DNA of 64,000 nucleotides. Origin: Oscillospiraceae bacterium. Lineage in GTDB: Bacteria > Bacillota > Clostridia > Oscillospirales > Oscillospiraceae. Shown one piece after another: positions 38,398-53,044 of the stretch. The translations under genes were made by a program, and so were the position numbers. Positions within the stretch are counted from its first letter, which is position 1; each line of letters opens with the position of its first letter. The notes under the pieces were generated by a model. It made no database searches, had not been told where the DNA came from, and saw only the letters and a list, made by a program, of their open reading frames with translations. The DNA is taken from NCBI GenBank assembly GCA_016286665.1, contig JAEETX010000004.1, positions 2,718 through 66,717 of the forward strand, given 5' to 3'.

Positions 38398-38425
38398 TTG
38401 CTATTGGCGCGCGTTTTGATATAAT
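38398..38425 (+). promoter_or_regulatory. Sigma-70-type promoter of pckA (TTGCTA-16-TGaTATAAT)
   Basis: -35 at 38398-38403 and an extended -10 at 38417-38425. Confidence 0.55.
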
Positions 38426-38472
38426 ATATTGAATTGGACAGAACTCAAATGTCTGAAAGGAGCAAATACCCT

Positions 38473-40053
38473 ATGCTGAAGTACATCGAATCCCTGGGGA
38501 TCATCGCCCCCAAAGCGGTTTATTACCAGCCCTCCCCTGCCGTGCTGACGGAAAAAGCGGTGGAACGGGGCGAAGGCACCCTGAGCGAAACCGGCGCTCT
38601 GGTCGTCAACACCGGCAAATACACCGGCCGCAGCCCGGACGACCGCTATGTGGTGGACGTGCCCTGCATTCATAACGACGTGGACTGGGGCAAGATCAAT
38701 GTACCGATTTCCGCTGAAAAGTTTGATTCCATCTATCAGAAGCTGACCGCCTATCTGCAGGGGCGGGACATTTTTGTGTTCGACGGCTTCGCAGGCGCCG
38801 ATCCTGCCTATCATCTGCCCGTTCGCGTCGTCAATGAGCTGGCCAGCCAGAATCTCTTCATCCATCAGCTGCTTGTCCGCCCCACGGAAGAAGAACTGAA
38901 GGATTTTGCGCCCGGCTTCACCGTCATCGCCGCGCCCGGCTTTAAGTGCATCCCGGAAGTGGACGGCGTCCACTCTGAAGCTGCGATCCTCCTGAATTTC
39001 GAGAAGAAGATCGTGCTGATTGCCGGCAGCCAGTATGCGGGCGAGATCAAAAAGAGCATTTTCTCCGTGATGAACTATTTCCTGCCCAAGCAGGGCGTTT
39101 TCTCCATGCACTGCTCCGCGAACATCGGCAAGGATGGCGACACGGCTATCTTCTTCGGCCTCAGCGGCACCGGAAAGACGACACTCTCCGCCGATCCCAA
39201 CCGCCAGCTCATCGGCGACGACGAGCATGGCTGGAGCGACAAGGGCGTTTTCAATATCGAAGGAGGCTGCTATGCCAAGTGCATCCGCCTCAGCAAGGAA
39301 AATGAGCCGCAGATCTGGAACGCCGTCCGCTTCGGGACGCTGGTAGAGAACGTCATCATGGACCCCGACACCCGTATCCTCGATTTTGACGACGCTTCCC
39401 TGACGGAGAATACCCGCGCCGGATACCCGGTGACGTTTATCCCCAACTGCGCGATCCCCGGCGTCGGCGGCCATCCCAAGACGGTGATCTTCCTCACGGC
39501 GGACGCTTTCGGCGTACTGCCGCCCATCAGCAAGCTCAGCAAGGAACAGGCTATGTATCACTATGTCAGCGGCTATACCGCCAAGGTCGCCGGAACCGAA
39601 CGCGGCGTCACGGAGCCGCAGGCCACTTTCTCCACCTGCTTTGGCGCTCCCTTCCTGCCCCTGCATCCCTCCGTGTATGCGGAAATGCTGGGCAAGAAAA
39701 TCGAGGAGCATGAAACGAACGTCTATCTGGTCAATACGGGTTGGGCAGGCGGCCGATACGGCATGGAGCGCTGCTTCCGCATGAAGCTGCCTTATACGCG
39801 CGCCATGGTCACGGCGGCCCTCAACGGCGAACTGGAAAAGAGCGAATTCGAGAAGGACCCGATTTTCGGCCTCTCCGTTCCCAAGACCTGCCCCGGCGTG
39901 CCCAGCGAATTCCTGAGCCAGAAGGCGCTGTGGCAGAATGACCAGGCCTACGAAGCCGCCGCGAAGGAGCTGGCCCAGAGCTTTATCAAGAACTTCAAGA
40001 AATACACCAATATGCCGGATACCATCGTCAACGCCGGACCGAAGGCAGAGTAA
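38473..40053 (+). CDS. pckA: Phosphoenolpyruvate carboxykinase (ATP)
   Basis: ATG at 38473 follows GAAAGGAG (the track ORF starts at TTG 38434). Motifs [23 protein letters not shown] and IGDDEHGW. Confidence 0.96.
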   Translation: MLKYIESLGIIAPKAVYYQPSPAVLTEKAVERGEGTLSETGALVVNTGKYTGRSPDDRYVVDVPCIHNDVDWGKINVPISAEKFDSIYQKLTAYLQGRDIFVFDGFAGADPAYHLPVRVVNELASQNLFIHQLLVRPTEEELKDFAPGFTVIAAPGFKCIPEVDGVHSEAAILLNFEKKIVLIAGSQYAGEIKKSIFSVMNYFLPKQGVFSMHCSANIGKDGDTAIFFGLSGTGKTTLSADPNRQLIGDDEHGWSDKGVFNIEGGCYAKCIRLSKENEPQIWNAVRFGTLVENVIMDPDTRILDFDDASLTENTRAGYPVTFIPNCAIPGVGGHPKTVIFLTADAFGVLPPISKLSKEQAMYHYVSGYTAKVAGTERGVTEPQATFSTCFGAPFLPLHPSVYAEMLGKKIEEHETNVYLVNTGWAGGRYGMERCFRMKLPYTRAMVTAALNGELEKSEFEKDPIFGLSVPKTCPGVPSEFLSQKALWQNDQAYEAAAKELAQSFIKNFKKYTNMPDTIVNAGPKAE

Positions 40054-40088
40054 GACAGAGAACAACATTCGATATTTCGGGGGAAAAG

Positions 40089-41468
40089 ATGAGCGGGAAC
40101 AAGAAGCCAAACAAAGTGAATGAAGACGCCAACATCGTATCGTGGGTCGTGACTGCGGTGCTGTTGGCTGTCAACGCTTTCCCGGTCGGTCTCTTTTTCC
40201 TGATTATGAAGCTGACCGGTAACGATGTGCTGGGCAGGCTTTTCATGTCGCTTCAGGAGGGATTTCGGAATAACGGCACTCCCGACGCGACGAGGGCTTC
40301 CTCCAGCCGTGCGGGACAGAAATATGCATCCAATTCCTCCTCCCGCTCCCGCGCTGCCAGAGAGGGAGAGCCGGTGGTCGTGCATGAGCCCGTCCCCACC
40401 GTGCACCATCCCATGGGGCCGCAGCAGCAACAGACACAGCAGCCCGCGCAGCCGCAGCCGGTCCCGCAGCAGCCCGTGCAGCCCAAACCGCAGCCGCAGC
40501 AAAGACCGGCCCAGGCACAGCAGAAGCCGGCCCAGACTCAGGAAAAGGACAAGCCGGACGATGGGATACAGCATATCTCCAAGGGAAAGAAAGCGCTGTT
40601 TACCCTGGGGTGGGTGTTCCTGGCCCTCGGCGTTTTCGGCAGCATCTATGCCATTGCCGGTTCCGGGGTTCTTTGGAAAATCCTTCAGTGGATCGCAGTC
40701 GCCCTGGGCGGCGGCGGGATGCTCTTTGCAGCCCATTCCAAGGATAAGAAGGAGCGGCTTTACCAGAACATCGTGAAGATCATCGGGGATAAAGCCTACG
40801 TGGACCTGAAGTCTCTGGCCTCCGCCGCAGGCGTGAAAGAAAAAACGCTGATCCGCGAGCTGGATGAAATGGTCGAACGGGGTTACCTGCCGGGTTCCGC
40901 TTATTTTGACAAGGCCAAGGGAGTACTGATTCTGGACCAGACCAAGGCGGAGGATCAGATCGTTTCTCAGGTATCGGATGAACCTGGACGGGAAGAAGAC
41001 AAATATGACCTGCTGCTGAAAGAGATGGAGCGGGCCTGCGGCCGTATCCGCGACAGGGACATGCTGGAAAAAGCGGTTCAGATCCGAGGACTGGCAGCCG
41101 CCATCTTCAATGCGGTCCGACAGGACCCGGAAAAACAGCCGCAGATCAGCAGTTTCCTCAACTACTACTTCCCCACGACCCTCAAGCTGCTGGACAGCTA
41201 TGCGGATTTTGAGGAAAAGGGCTTTCAGGGCGATAAGCTTTCCCAGACGAAAGAGCGGATCGAAGCTACCATGGATACCATTATTTCCGCCTACCGCAAA
41301 CAGCTGGACAACCTGTATCTGCACGACACGCTGGACGTGGACACGGATATTGACGTGCTGGAAACCATGCTGAAACGGGATGGGCTTTCCGAAAGCGACT
41401 TTGCAAGTATCGAGCAGGAGGGTTTCCCCGGCGTCATGAACGAGGGTACGCCCGGAACGATGAACTGA
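40089..41468 (+). CDS. Membrane protein with a Gln/Pro-rich linker and an XpaC-like (5-bromo-4-chloroindolyl phosphate hydrolysis protein) C-terminal domain
   Basis: TM segments, a QP-rich low-complexity stretch, then ISSFLNYYFPTTLKLLDSYADFEEKG, typical of the XpaC family. Confidence 0.55.
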   Translation: MSGNKKPNKVNEDANIVSWVVTAVLLAVNAFPVGLFFLIMKLTGNDVLGRLFMSLQEGFRNNGTPDATRASSSRAGQKYASNSSSRSRAAREGEPVVVHEPVPTVHHPMGPQQQQTQQPAQPQPVPQQPVQPKPQPQQRPAQAQQKPAQTQEKDKPDDGIQHISKGKKALFTLGWVFLALGVFGSIYAIAGSGVLWKILQWIAVALGGGGMLFAAHSKDKKERLYQNIVKIIGDKAYVDLKSLASAAGVKEKTLIRELDEMVERGYLPGSAYFDKAKGVLILDQTKAEDQIVSQVSDEPGREEDKYDLLLKEMERACGRIRDRDMLEKAVQIRGLAAAIFNAVRQDPEKQPQISSFLNYYFPTTLKLLDSYADFEEKGFQGDKLSQTKERIEATMDTIISAYRKQLDNLYLHDTLDVDTDIDVLETMLKRDGLSESDFASIEQEGFPGVMNEGTPGTMN

Positions 41469-41473
41469 ACACA

Positions 41474-41505
41474 TACGCGGCCGTCTTTTGCGAGACGGCC
41501 GCGTA
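41474..41505. terminator. Bidirectional hairpin terminator
   Basis: 13-bp stem tacgcggccgtct / agacggccgcgta. Confidence 0.8.
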
Positions 41506-41557
41506 ATTCTATGAAGATGAAGCGTTGGGCGGCAAGGACATGGTCCTTGCCGCCGGT

Positions 41558-41853
41558 TTATTCTTCCGCAGACACTTCCGCCTCCGGCGTCAGCACCGTG
41601 ACGGATTCGGCGTCCACGCGGGCAAAACCGCCGCGGACGCGGGCGGAAAAGACGAGCTTTCCCTCTGTGAGCACCCGGATCGGCCCATCCTCCGCAAGAG
41701 CAATGACCGCCGGGAGATGGCCGCGGCGAATGCCGATGCCGCCTCCGCCCCAGCCCTCCGCAGGGTCCTTTTCAAAAAGATTTACCGTATCGCAGGTACA
41801 GGAGACGACCTCCTTCATGGGCGTCAGCAGCTGGAAGCGAAGTTCGCCTGCCA

Positions 41854-41854
<1 letters not shown>
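41558..41854 (-). CDS. atpC: F1 ATP synthase epsilon subunit, short form (beta-sandwich only)
   Basis: 98 aa with LLTP...GIGIRRGHLPAVIAL...VRGGFARVDAESVTVLTPEAE. The start overlaps the atpD stop (TGATG). Confidence 0.85.
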
Positions 41855-46305
<4,451 letters not shown>

Positions 46306-46728
46306 TCAGCGTTCTCCGAAAGCCATCAGCTTATCCGTAAAAGTATCCACGTGATCCTTCAGGGAGACGGCCAGCTGCGGAACGAGCGCGGCGGCTTCCG
46401 CCTCCGCTTCTTCACGACGCGCCTGTGTTTCCTGCCGGAATCGCCTGTCTCTCGCTTCCCTTTCCAGCCGGCTTTCCTCCCGCAGGGACTGGACTGCCTG
46501 CTTCCGTTCTTCCGATCTGCGATGCGCCTCCGCCAGGGCCAGAGCTTCCGCCTGCGCGCGAAGCTCCGCTCGCTCCGACGACTTGTCCAGACTGCGGGCA
46601 TGGGCGATTTTCGCATTCCTGGCGTCCATAAAGGTCAAAAGCGGTTTCAGCAGCAGACGCCAGAGGATCAGCATGAAAGCGCAGAAGCAGATGACAGTCC
46701 AGATCAGAATATTGAGCTGAATGGTCAT
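46306..46728 (-). CDS. atpF: Fo ATP synthase subunit b
   Basis: 140 aa with an N-terminal TM and a long charged helix. Its stop abuts the start of the fusion gene (TGAATG). Confidence 0.85.
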   Translation of the reverse strand: MTIQLNILIWTVICFCAFMLILWRLLLKPLLTFMDARNAKIAHARSLDKSSERAELRAQAEALALAEAHRRSEERKQAVQSLREESRLEREARDRRFRQETQARREEAEAEAAALVPQLAVSLKDHVDTFTDKLMAFGER

Positions 46729-46736
46729 CGTCCCGA

Positions 46737-46970
46737 TCAGCCGATCTTACCCACCAGCATGAACGCGATGAGCAGACCGTAGATGGTGAGGGCTTCCATC
46801 AGCGCCAGGGACAGAAGAAGCGCGCTGCGGATATCCTTGGCGGCGTCCGGCTGACGGGCGATACCCTCCAGCGCGGCGCGGGCCGCTTTGCCCTGCGCAA
46901 GGGCGGGGAAGATGGTGGACACTGCGATGCAGAAGGCCGCGGCAAGGGCGATAATGGCGGAATCGGTCAT
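46737..46970 (-). CDS. atpE: Fo ATP synthase subunit c
   Basis: 77-aa hairpin with GIARQPD in the loop and the carboxylate in [13 protein letters not shown]. Confidence 0.95.
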   Translation of the reverse strand: MTDSAIIALAAAFCIAVSTIFPALAQGKAARAALEGIARQPDAAKDIRSALLLSLALMEALTIYGLLIAFMLVGKIG

Positions 46971-46997
46971 AGGGGATTCTCCTTTCTGTGAAAAGGC

Positions 46998-47660
46998 TTA
47001 TTCTTCTATGAACTCCTGAAGATAGGAGGCTGTGAGCATGGTGTAGACGATGGCCTGAATGGCGCAGAACAAGAGGCTGAGCACCATCATGATGATCGGA
47101 GCGCCGATGGGAAGCAGATGATAGAGGTTTTCCATCACGGTTTCCTCGCCGAAGATATTGCCGAACAGACGAAGGGCCAGGGAGGCGGGCTTGATGAGCT
47201 CATCCAGCAGCAGCAGCGGGACCACCGGGGTCAGAAAATGCTTGAGATAATGTTTTGCGCCGGCATGGACGCCCGCCGCCTGCAGGAAAATAAAGGTAAC
47301 GATGCCCAGCCCCAGGGTGACGGAAAGGGACGAAGTGGGCGCTTTGATATATTTGCTGAGCCCGACGCCGGGCACAAGTCCGGAATAATTGGAAAGCAGG
47401 ATAAAGCAAAACAGCGGACCGAGGAAAAAAAGGTAGCGCCGTCCGTTTTCCGGACCCAGTATGCCCGCGAAGAAATTATCCAGGGCTTCCACAGCGATCT
47501 CCAGCAGGTTCTGCAGCTTTCCCGGCCGTTCCTTCAGCCGCCGGGTGACTGCGAGGGATATCACCGCCGCCACAGCCAGGAATACCCACATGGCGATCAC
47601 TTCCCCGGTCACATCCAGAATGCCGAAAATGCGGATGACCGGCTCGGAGGCTTCACCCAT
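46998..47660 (-). CDS. atpB: Fo ATP synthase subunit a
   Basis: Essential Arg in SLALRLFGNIFGEE, multiple TM segments, SD GGAAAGGAG. Confidence 0.93.
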   Translation of the reverse strand: MGEASEPVIRIFGILDVTGEVIAMWVFLAVAAVISLAVTRRLKERPGKLQNLLEIAVEALDNFFAGILGPENGRRYLFFLGPLFCFILLSNYSGLVPGVGLSKYIKAPTSSLSVTLGLGIVTFIFLQAAGVHAGAKHYLKHFLTPVVPLLLLDELIKPASLALRLFGNIFGEETVMENLYHLLPIGAPIIMMVLSLLFCAIQAIVYTMLTASYLQEFIEE

Positions 47661-47666
47661 TCATCA

Positions 47667-47984
47667 TCACTCCTTTCCCTGCCCGTTCATTTTCCCCGTA
47701 AGGAGAATCGTGAAGAGCAGCAGCGTCACGGTCAGTCCCAGGGCGCCGCCCACCAGCAGCGCGGTGAGATTGAGCTCCGTATGCTTGCCGACATAGTACA
47801 GAATCAGGAGGTAGGCGGCGCTCATAAGCATGCGCAAGGGAGAGGCAAGGCCGATTCCCGTCTCTCCTTTCGCCTTCATGAGCGCCCGAAGAAGAAGGAA
47901 ATTCACCCAGGAAACAAGCGCTCCGCCGGCAAATGCCGCAAGGGCGGTCAGGATCGATTCCGCGGGACTCCCCTCCTTCCCCAT
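47667..47984 (-). CDS. atpI: AtpI-like small membrane protein (ATP synthase protein I)
   Basis: 105 aa with three or four TM segments, first gene of the atp operon. No clear SD at the annotated ATG. Confidence 0.55.
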   Translation of the reverse strand: MGKEGSPAESILTALAAFAGGALVSWVNFLLLRALMKAKGETGIGLASPLRMLMSAAYLLILYYVGKHTELNLTALLVGGALGLTVTLLLFTILLTGKMNGQGKE

Positions 47985-47996
47985 GCATTTTTGTAC

Positions 47997-48030
47997 GTAA
48001 GGCAGGCCATACCAGCATGGCCTGCCTTAC
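47997..48030. terminator. 14-bp perfect hairpin between ptsH and the atp operon
   Basis: gtaaggcaggccat / atggcctgccttac with a 6-nt loop and no U tract on either strand. Confidence 0.45.
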
Positions 48031-48074
48031 GGTCACTCTCATGAATCAAACGGATGATGCAGACGGGGATACGG

Positions 48075-48347
48075 TCAGCCGGCAAATTCCCTGAAGTCCG
48101 TCTCGATCAGCTGCTGAAGAGCCAGCACAGCCGCTTCTTCATCGGGACCTTCCGCGCCGATGGAAATATCCGTACCCTTGACAATGCCGAGAGAGAGTAC
48201 ACCGAGAAGGCTTTTGGCGTTAACCTTGCGCTCCTCTTTTTCGATCCAGATGGAGCTTTTGAATTCGTTGGCTTTCTGGATGAAAAAAGTCGCAGGTCTG
48301 GCATGGAGTCCCACCTGATTGTTGACGGTAATCGTCTTCATGTACAT
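48075..48347 (-). CDS. ptsH: Phosphocarrier protein HPr
   Basis: His15 site GLHARPA and Ser46 site NAKSLLGVLSLG. Confidence 0.9.
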   Translation of the reverse strand: MYMKTITVNNQVGLHARPATFFIQKANEFKSSIWIEKEERKVNAKSLLGVLSLGIVKGTDISIGAEGPDEEAAVLALQQLIETDFREFAG

Positions 48348-48538
48348 ACGGCGTCACGACCTTTACATTGTTTTTCCCTGTGTGTCACTTTTACACTAAA
48401 ACATTCTAGCAAGGAATCCTTCATCCGTCAATAGTCAAAGTGCCGATAAACGACGGCGGAATCTGCCGGCAAATGTCGTTTGCAGATAATTCTCTTTGCC
48501 GGGAAAACGCAGCGTCCGACTGTGTGAGAACACCGGCA

Positions 48539-50920
48539 TCATATTTTCAGTTCCGCGATGGTGACGCCGTCTTCCCCTTCTCCGTAACGTCCCAGCCGGA
48601 AGCTTTTGACACCGGGATCGCGGCGGAGATAATCCTGAACGGCTTTGCGCAGAGCGCCGGTACCCTTGCCGTGGATGATGCGCACGCTGGGCAGCTTCGC
48701 CGTCCTCGCGGAATCCAGATACCGTTCCAGCATCAGCAGCGCTTCGTCCGTCATGCTGCCCCGCAGGTCCACCTCCGGGCTGACCGCCAGCCTGTGGATC
48801 TGCGCGTCCGTTTTTTTCTTGAATTTGAGCTTGACCTTTTCGGCCTCCTCCACGAGGCGAACTTCCTCCTGCTTGGCTGTGATGCGAAGGATGCCTGCCT
48901 GCAGGGTCAGGGTACCGTCCGCGCCGGCGGAGATCACGCTGGCCTGGGTGCCCAGCTTCAGCAGCAGAACCGTGTCGCCGGCCCTGGCCGGGCGTGTGGG
49001 CTTCTGCGAAAGCTCCTCCTCGTCATGGGAAACGCCCAGACTGTCCTGCGCGTCGTTCAGCTTCTTCATGAGACTGACGCGTTCTTCGTTGATCTGCTGG
49101 GCGTTCTCCGCCCGAACAGCCTTCTTGCGCATCTCGTTCAGCTCGTCGAACACTTCATCGGAGACGCGCTTTGCCTCCCGCAGCAGACGGTCCGCTTCCC
49201 GTCTGGCGCCGGCGCCGGCCTTCTGCCGTTCCTCCTCCGCCGCTTTTCGCTGTTCGGCGGCCGCTCTGGCGTCTTCCTCCGCCTGGAGACGAAGTTTTTC
49301 CGCCTCCAGCTTTGCCTGCTCCATCTTCTGCTGTTCCTTCTGCAGCAGGGACACCACCTGTTCAAAGTCCGTCTGCTCCGAGGCCATCCGCCCCTTGGCG
49401 TCGTCGATGATGCTCTCGTCCAGGCCGAGCCGGCGAGAGATCTCAAAGGCGTTGGATTTTCCGGGAATACCCATGAGCAGACGGTAGGTGGGGCGAAGGG
49501 TCTCCACATCGAACTCGCAGGAGGCGTTCATGACGCCGGCGGTGGCGGTTGCGTAGACCTTCAACTCCGCATAATGGGTCGTGGCGGCGATCCTGGCCCC
49601 CTGGCTGCGGGCATATTCAATAATGGCGATGGCAAGCGCCGCGCCTTCCGCCGGATCGGTGCCCGCTCCCAGCTCGTCAAAGAGGATCAGCGTGTCTTCA
49701 TCCGCTTCTTTCAGCATTCCGACGATGTTGCTCATATGGGAGGAAAAGGTGGACAGGGACTGTTCGATGCTTTGCTCATCCCCCACGTCGGCCAGCACCT
49801 TTTTCAGTACCGGCACGGCGCTGCCGCTGTCTGCGGGGATATGGAGGCCGCAGGCGGCCATGAGACAGCAGACCCCCAGCGTTTTCAGGCTGACGGTCTT
49901 CCCGCCGGTGTTGGGGCCGGTGATCACCAGGGTGTCGAACTGCCCGCCCACGGAGATATCGATGGGGACCGCTTTTTTGGGGTCGATGAGGGGGTGCCGG
50001 GCGCGTTTCAGGCTGATGCAGCCGTCTTCACTGAGCCTCGGCGCATCTGCCCGCATCCGGTAGCTGAGCTTTGCCTTTGCAAAAACGAGGTCGAGACGCA
50101 CCAGAACATGCTGATCGCACAGGATGTCCTCCTCAAAGGAGGCGGCGTCATTGCTCAGCTCCATCAGGATGCGTTCGATCTCCTTCTTCTCCTTCGCCTG
50201 GAGCTCCCGAATCTCGTTGTTCGCCTGCACCACCTGCATGGGCTCGATAAAAATCGTCTGCCCGCTGGAGGATACGTCGTGCACCAGCCCGCCCAAAGCG
50301 CCCTTGTGCTCCGCTTTTACGGGGATCACATAGCGGTCGGAGCGCATGGTGATGATGGGTTCCTGCAGGACCTTGGCATAGGAGGGCGAAGTGATGATCT
50401 TATTCAGCACGTCCCGGATGCGGGCGTTGGCCGCCCGCATGTGGCGGCGGATGGAGGCCAGCTCGCTGCTGGCCGCATCGGCGATTTCTTCCTCCCCCAC
50501 GATGGAGAGGGTGATCTTCTCCTCCAGGAATTTGTTGGCGATCAGGGCGCCGAAAAGGCCGGTCAGGCTCCCGGCTTCGTCGGAGGTCCAGCTTTTCATC
50601 TGCCTTGCTGCCCGAAGGACGCCGGCGATATCCAGAAGCTCCCTTGTATTGAGCATGCCGCCCAGGCGGGCCCGGGAGAGGCTGCCGGTCACTTCCCGGA
50701 TATCGGATAGAGGGGGCGTTCCCTTCAGGGAAATGAGCCTCTTTGCGTCCGAGGTCTCCTGCAGCTTTTCGCTGACCTCCGTCCGGATATCCGCAGGCCG
50801 CAGCTTCAGGGCTTCGTCTTTGGCCGCTTCACAGACCGCCTCCTCCTGAAGGAGCTTCAGGATCTGCGGCAGCTCCAGTGTTCGCATGGATTTTTCATAG
50901 AATTCTTCTCTTGTAATCAT
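48539..50920 (-). CDS. mutS2: Endonuclease MutS2 (MutS domain V ATPase plus C-terminal Smr domain)
   Basis: 793 aa with Walker A GPNTGGKTVSLK, Walker B LILFDELGAGTDP and Smr LDLRG...IIHGKGTGALR. Confidence 0.95.
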   Translation of the reverse strand: MITREEFYEKSMRTLELPQILKLLQEEAVCEAAKDEALKLRPADIRTEVSEKLQETSDAKRLISLKGTPPLSDIREVTGSLSRARLGGMLNTRELLDIAGVLRAARQMKSWTSDEAGSLTGLFGALIANKFLEEKITLSIVGEEEIADAASSELASIRRHMRAANARIRDVLNKIITSPSYAKVLQEPIITMRSDRYVIPVKAEHKGALGGLVHDVSSSGQTIFIEPMQVVQANNEIRELQAKEKKEIERILMELSNDAASFEEDILCDQHVLVRLDLVFAKAKLSYRMRADAPRLSEDGCISLKRARHPLIDPKKAVPIDISVGGQFDTLVITGPNTGGKTVSLKTLGVCCLMAACGLHIPADSGSAVPVLKKVLADVGDEQSIEQSLSTFSSHMSNIVGMLKEADEDTLILFDELGAGTDPAEGAALAIAIIEYARSQGARIAATTHYAELKVYATATAGVMNASCEFDVETLRPTYRLLMGIPGKSNAFEISRRLGLDESIIDDAKGRMASEQTDFEQVVSLLQKEQQKMEQAKLEAEKLRLQAEEDARAAAEQRKAAEEERQKAGAGARREADRLLREAKRVSDEVFDELNEMRKKAVRAENAQQINEERVSLMKKLNDAQDSLGVSHDEEELSQKPTRPARAGDTVLLLKLGTQASVISAGADGTLTLQAGILRITAKQEEVRLVEEAEKVKLKFKKKTDAQIHRLAVSPEVDLRGSMTDEALLMLERYLDSARTAKLPSVRIIHGKGTGALRKAVQDYLRRDPGVKSFRLGRYGEGEDGVTIAELKI

Positions 50921-50932
50921 ATCTATTCACCG

Positions 50933-51679
50933 TTACAGACTTTTATAATAGTCCAGCGTTCGGAAGGAACGCTCCAGCTGTTCCTTGACATAGCCTTCCG
51001 CCACATCGGAAAGCCGGCGTAGTCCGCTGTCGCTGATGCGGAAGGAAAAAACGCTCTTTCTCGGCGCGGAAACGATGTGGCGGATCGCCAGAAGGGAGGG
51101 CTCGTCCAGCGTCATTGGCCGCTCGGCCAGCGCCTTCAGGGCACAGTCGCGGCAATACAGCGCGCCGCCCCGCAGGTCCAGCGCCGGAACATCCGGCTTC
51201 GCTTTGCCGCAGGCGGCGCACTGCTCCGTTTCCGGCTGATAGCCCAGCAGCGTCATAAGGCGCAGCTCAAAGGCGCTTTTCACCAGCTGCGGCTCTTTTT
51301 TGCCCTCAGATAGCAGCCATAGCGCGTTGAGGCCCAGGGTGAGCGCTTCCGGCTCCTCCACGGTCTCCGGGCAGGAGGCGTCCAGAAGCTCCAGAAAATA
51401 GCATCCCAGTGCGTAATTTTTCAGATCAGCGGTGAGGCCGGAAAACGTTTCCAGGGTGGAAGCTTCCTTCAGATAATACCGTTCCTTAGTCTCCGAAAGG
51501 GTCATTTCCGAGAAAACCAGGGGCTGACATGCGGCGCTGATGCGGCTTTTGAGACGGGTCGCGCCGCGGGCAGAGACGCTGATCTTTCCCAGAGCGTCTG
51601 TCAGCACCGTGAGCATCTTGCTGCTTTCCTTGTAATCCGCGCTTCGCAGCACCAGCCCTTTGAGCACGATCTCACTCAT
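50933..51679 (-). CDS. recO: DNA repair protein RecO
   Basis: An OB-fold N-terminus (GLVLRSADYKESSKMLTVLT) and zinc motif C..CG...C..C. Conserved era-recO synteny. Confidence 0.9.
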   Translation of the reverse strand: MSEIVLKGLVLRSADYKESSKMLTVLTDALGKISVSARGATRLKSRISAACQPLVFSEMTLSETKERYYLKEASTLETFSGLTADLKNYALGCYFLELLDASCPETVEEPEALTLGLNALWLLSEGKKEPQLVKSAFELRLMTLLGYQPETEQCAACGKAKPDVPALDLRGGALYCRDCALKALAERPMTLDEPSLLAIRHIVSAPRKSVFSFRISDSGLRRLSDVAEGYVKEQLERSFRTLDYYKSL

Positions 51680-52565
51680 GATAGCCGAAGTTGCGCAGCA
51701 TAGCGTCCTGATCCCGCCAGTTTTCCTTCACCTTGACCCAGCTTTTGAAGTAGACCTTGGTGCCCATATAGCGCTCCACGTCTTTTCTGGCCAGCTCGCC
51801 GATGCGCTTGAGCATGCTGCCGCCCCGCCCGATGATGATGCTCTTGTGGCTGGCTTTTTCGCAGTAGATCGTCACCTCAAGGTCGATGATCCCGTCGTCC
51901 CGCTCGCTGAAGCGCTCCACCTCCACGGCAGTGCCGTGGGGTATCTCATGCTCCAGGCAGTACAGCAGCTTTTCCCGCACGATCTCCGCCACGATCTGCC
52001 GGTCCGGCTGATCCGTCACCATATCGTCGGGGAAAAGCTGCGGACCCTCGGCGGCATAGCCCCGAAGGATCGTCAGCAGCTCCTCCACGCCCTCTCCGGT
52101 TTTTGCGGAGATGGGGATGATCTCGGCAAAATCCCCCGCTTCGGCATAAGCGCTCATCACCGCCAAAAGCTCCGGCTTGTTCACCGTGTCGCACTTGTTG
52201 ATGGCCAGAACGGCGGGAGAACCGGAGCCGCGGATCATTTTGATCAGCGCCTGCTCCTGCTTGCCCACGTTGGCAATCGGCTCCACCATCAGCACCACGG
52301 CGTCCATATTGTCCGCCACGCTGCTCTCCACGATCCTGTCCAGATAGCTGTCCAGGGCGTTCTTCGGCTTGTGATAACCCGGCGTATCCAGAAAGACGAG
52401 CTGCGCGTCCTCCCGCTGGCAAATGGCGCTGATGCGGCTGCGGGTGGTCTGCGGTTTGTGGGAGACGATGGCGATCTTCTCCCCCGCGATATAGTTGGCC
52501 AGCGTGCTTTTTCCCACATTGGGGCGCCCCGCGATGGTGAATACTCCGGTTTTTGTGATTTTCAT
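51672..52565 (-). CDS. era: GTPase Era
   Basis: G1 GRPNVGKST, G3 DTPG, G4 NKCD and a KH domain at the C-terminus. Confidence 0.96.
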   Translation of the reverse strand: MKITKTGVFTIAGRPNVGKSTLANYIAGEKIAIVSHKPQTTRSRISAICQREDAQLVFLDTPGYHKPKNALDSYLDRIVESSVADNMDAVVLMVEPIANVGKQEQALIKMIRGSGSPAVLAINKCDTVNKPELLAVMSAYAEAGDFAEIIPISAKTGEGVEELLTILRGYAAEGPQLFPDDMVTDQPDRQIVAEIVREKLLYCLEHEIPHGTAVEVERFSERDDGIIDLEVTIYCEKASHKSIIIGRGGSMLKRIGELARKDVERYMGTKVYFKSWVKVKENWRDQDAMLRNFGYHE

Positions 52566-53044
52566 AGTCTCATCGTCCTCATGATCGCCCGTTCTCTCGC
52601 GCGCATCCGCCGCTTTTCCTCTCCCTCGTCCATGTGGTCGTAGCCCAGAAGGTGGAGAACGCTGTGCACGGTCAGATAGGCGGTCTCGTGTTTTTCTCCG
52701 GTGCCGTATTCCTTTCCCTGCAGCCGGATGCGGTCCAGATTCAGGGCCATGTCGCCCAGAGGCAGCAGCGCGGTTTCCGGGTCGAATTCTCCGTCCGATG
52801 GGTCGAAGGCCTCCGGCGTGAAGTTGAAAGCCGGGAAAGAAAGCACGTCCGTCGCCTTATCCACATCCCGCAGATCCCGGTTCAGCGCGCGGATGCCGGC
52901 GTCGTCCGTAAACAAAACGTTGATTTCGCAGGGAACGCGTACGCCCTCCAGCCGCAGGACCGTGCGGATGCAGCGCCCTGCCAGCCGGGCAGCCCAGCGG
53001 GGATAGGGAACTTCCCCGCTCATCAGTATGGAATGACGTGCCAT
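52562..53044 (-). CDS. ybeY: rRNA maturation RNase YbeY
   Basis: Motif HSVLHLLGYDH. Confidence 0.93.
   Translation of the reverse strand: MARHSILMSGEVPYPRWAARLAGRCIRTVLRLEGVRVPCEINVLFTDDAGIRALNRDLRDVDKATDVLSFPAFNFTPEAFDPSDGEFDPETALLPLGDMALNLDRIRLQGKEYGTGEKHETAYLTVHSVLHLLGYDHMDEGEEKRRMRARERAIMRTMRL

Noticed and set aside
40380-40560. Repetitive cag/ccg-rich DNA that at first glance looked like a short tandem-repeat or CRISPR-like array.
   Set aside because: It lies in-frame inside the XpaC-like CDS and encodes a Gln/Pro-rich low-complexity linker. There is no regular repeat-spacer periodicity.
46737-46970. Possible Na+-specific c-ring. The c subunit has Gln in helix 1 and Glu...Thr..Tyr in helix 2.
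   Set aside because: The residue after the carboxylate is Ala, not Ser/Thr. The helix-2 motif [14 protein letters not shown] closely resembles proton-translocating cyanobacterial/chloroplast-type c subunits. There is no atpQ/atpR or other N-ATPase hallmark.
48440-50710. A 756-aa plus-strand ORF opposite mutS2. Similar long antisense ORFs occur at 730-2157, 2009-3472, 18457-20292, 20064-21836, 21999-23789, 31618-33381, 38401-40110, 39948-41474, 44701-45915, 60351-61799 and 61742-63493.
   Set aside because: All of them mirror confidently identified genes on the other strand. They have skewed Arg/Gly/Ala/Pro/His composition and lack ribosome-binding sites. I treat them as GC-driven open frames, not overlapping genes.
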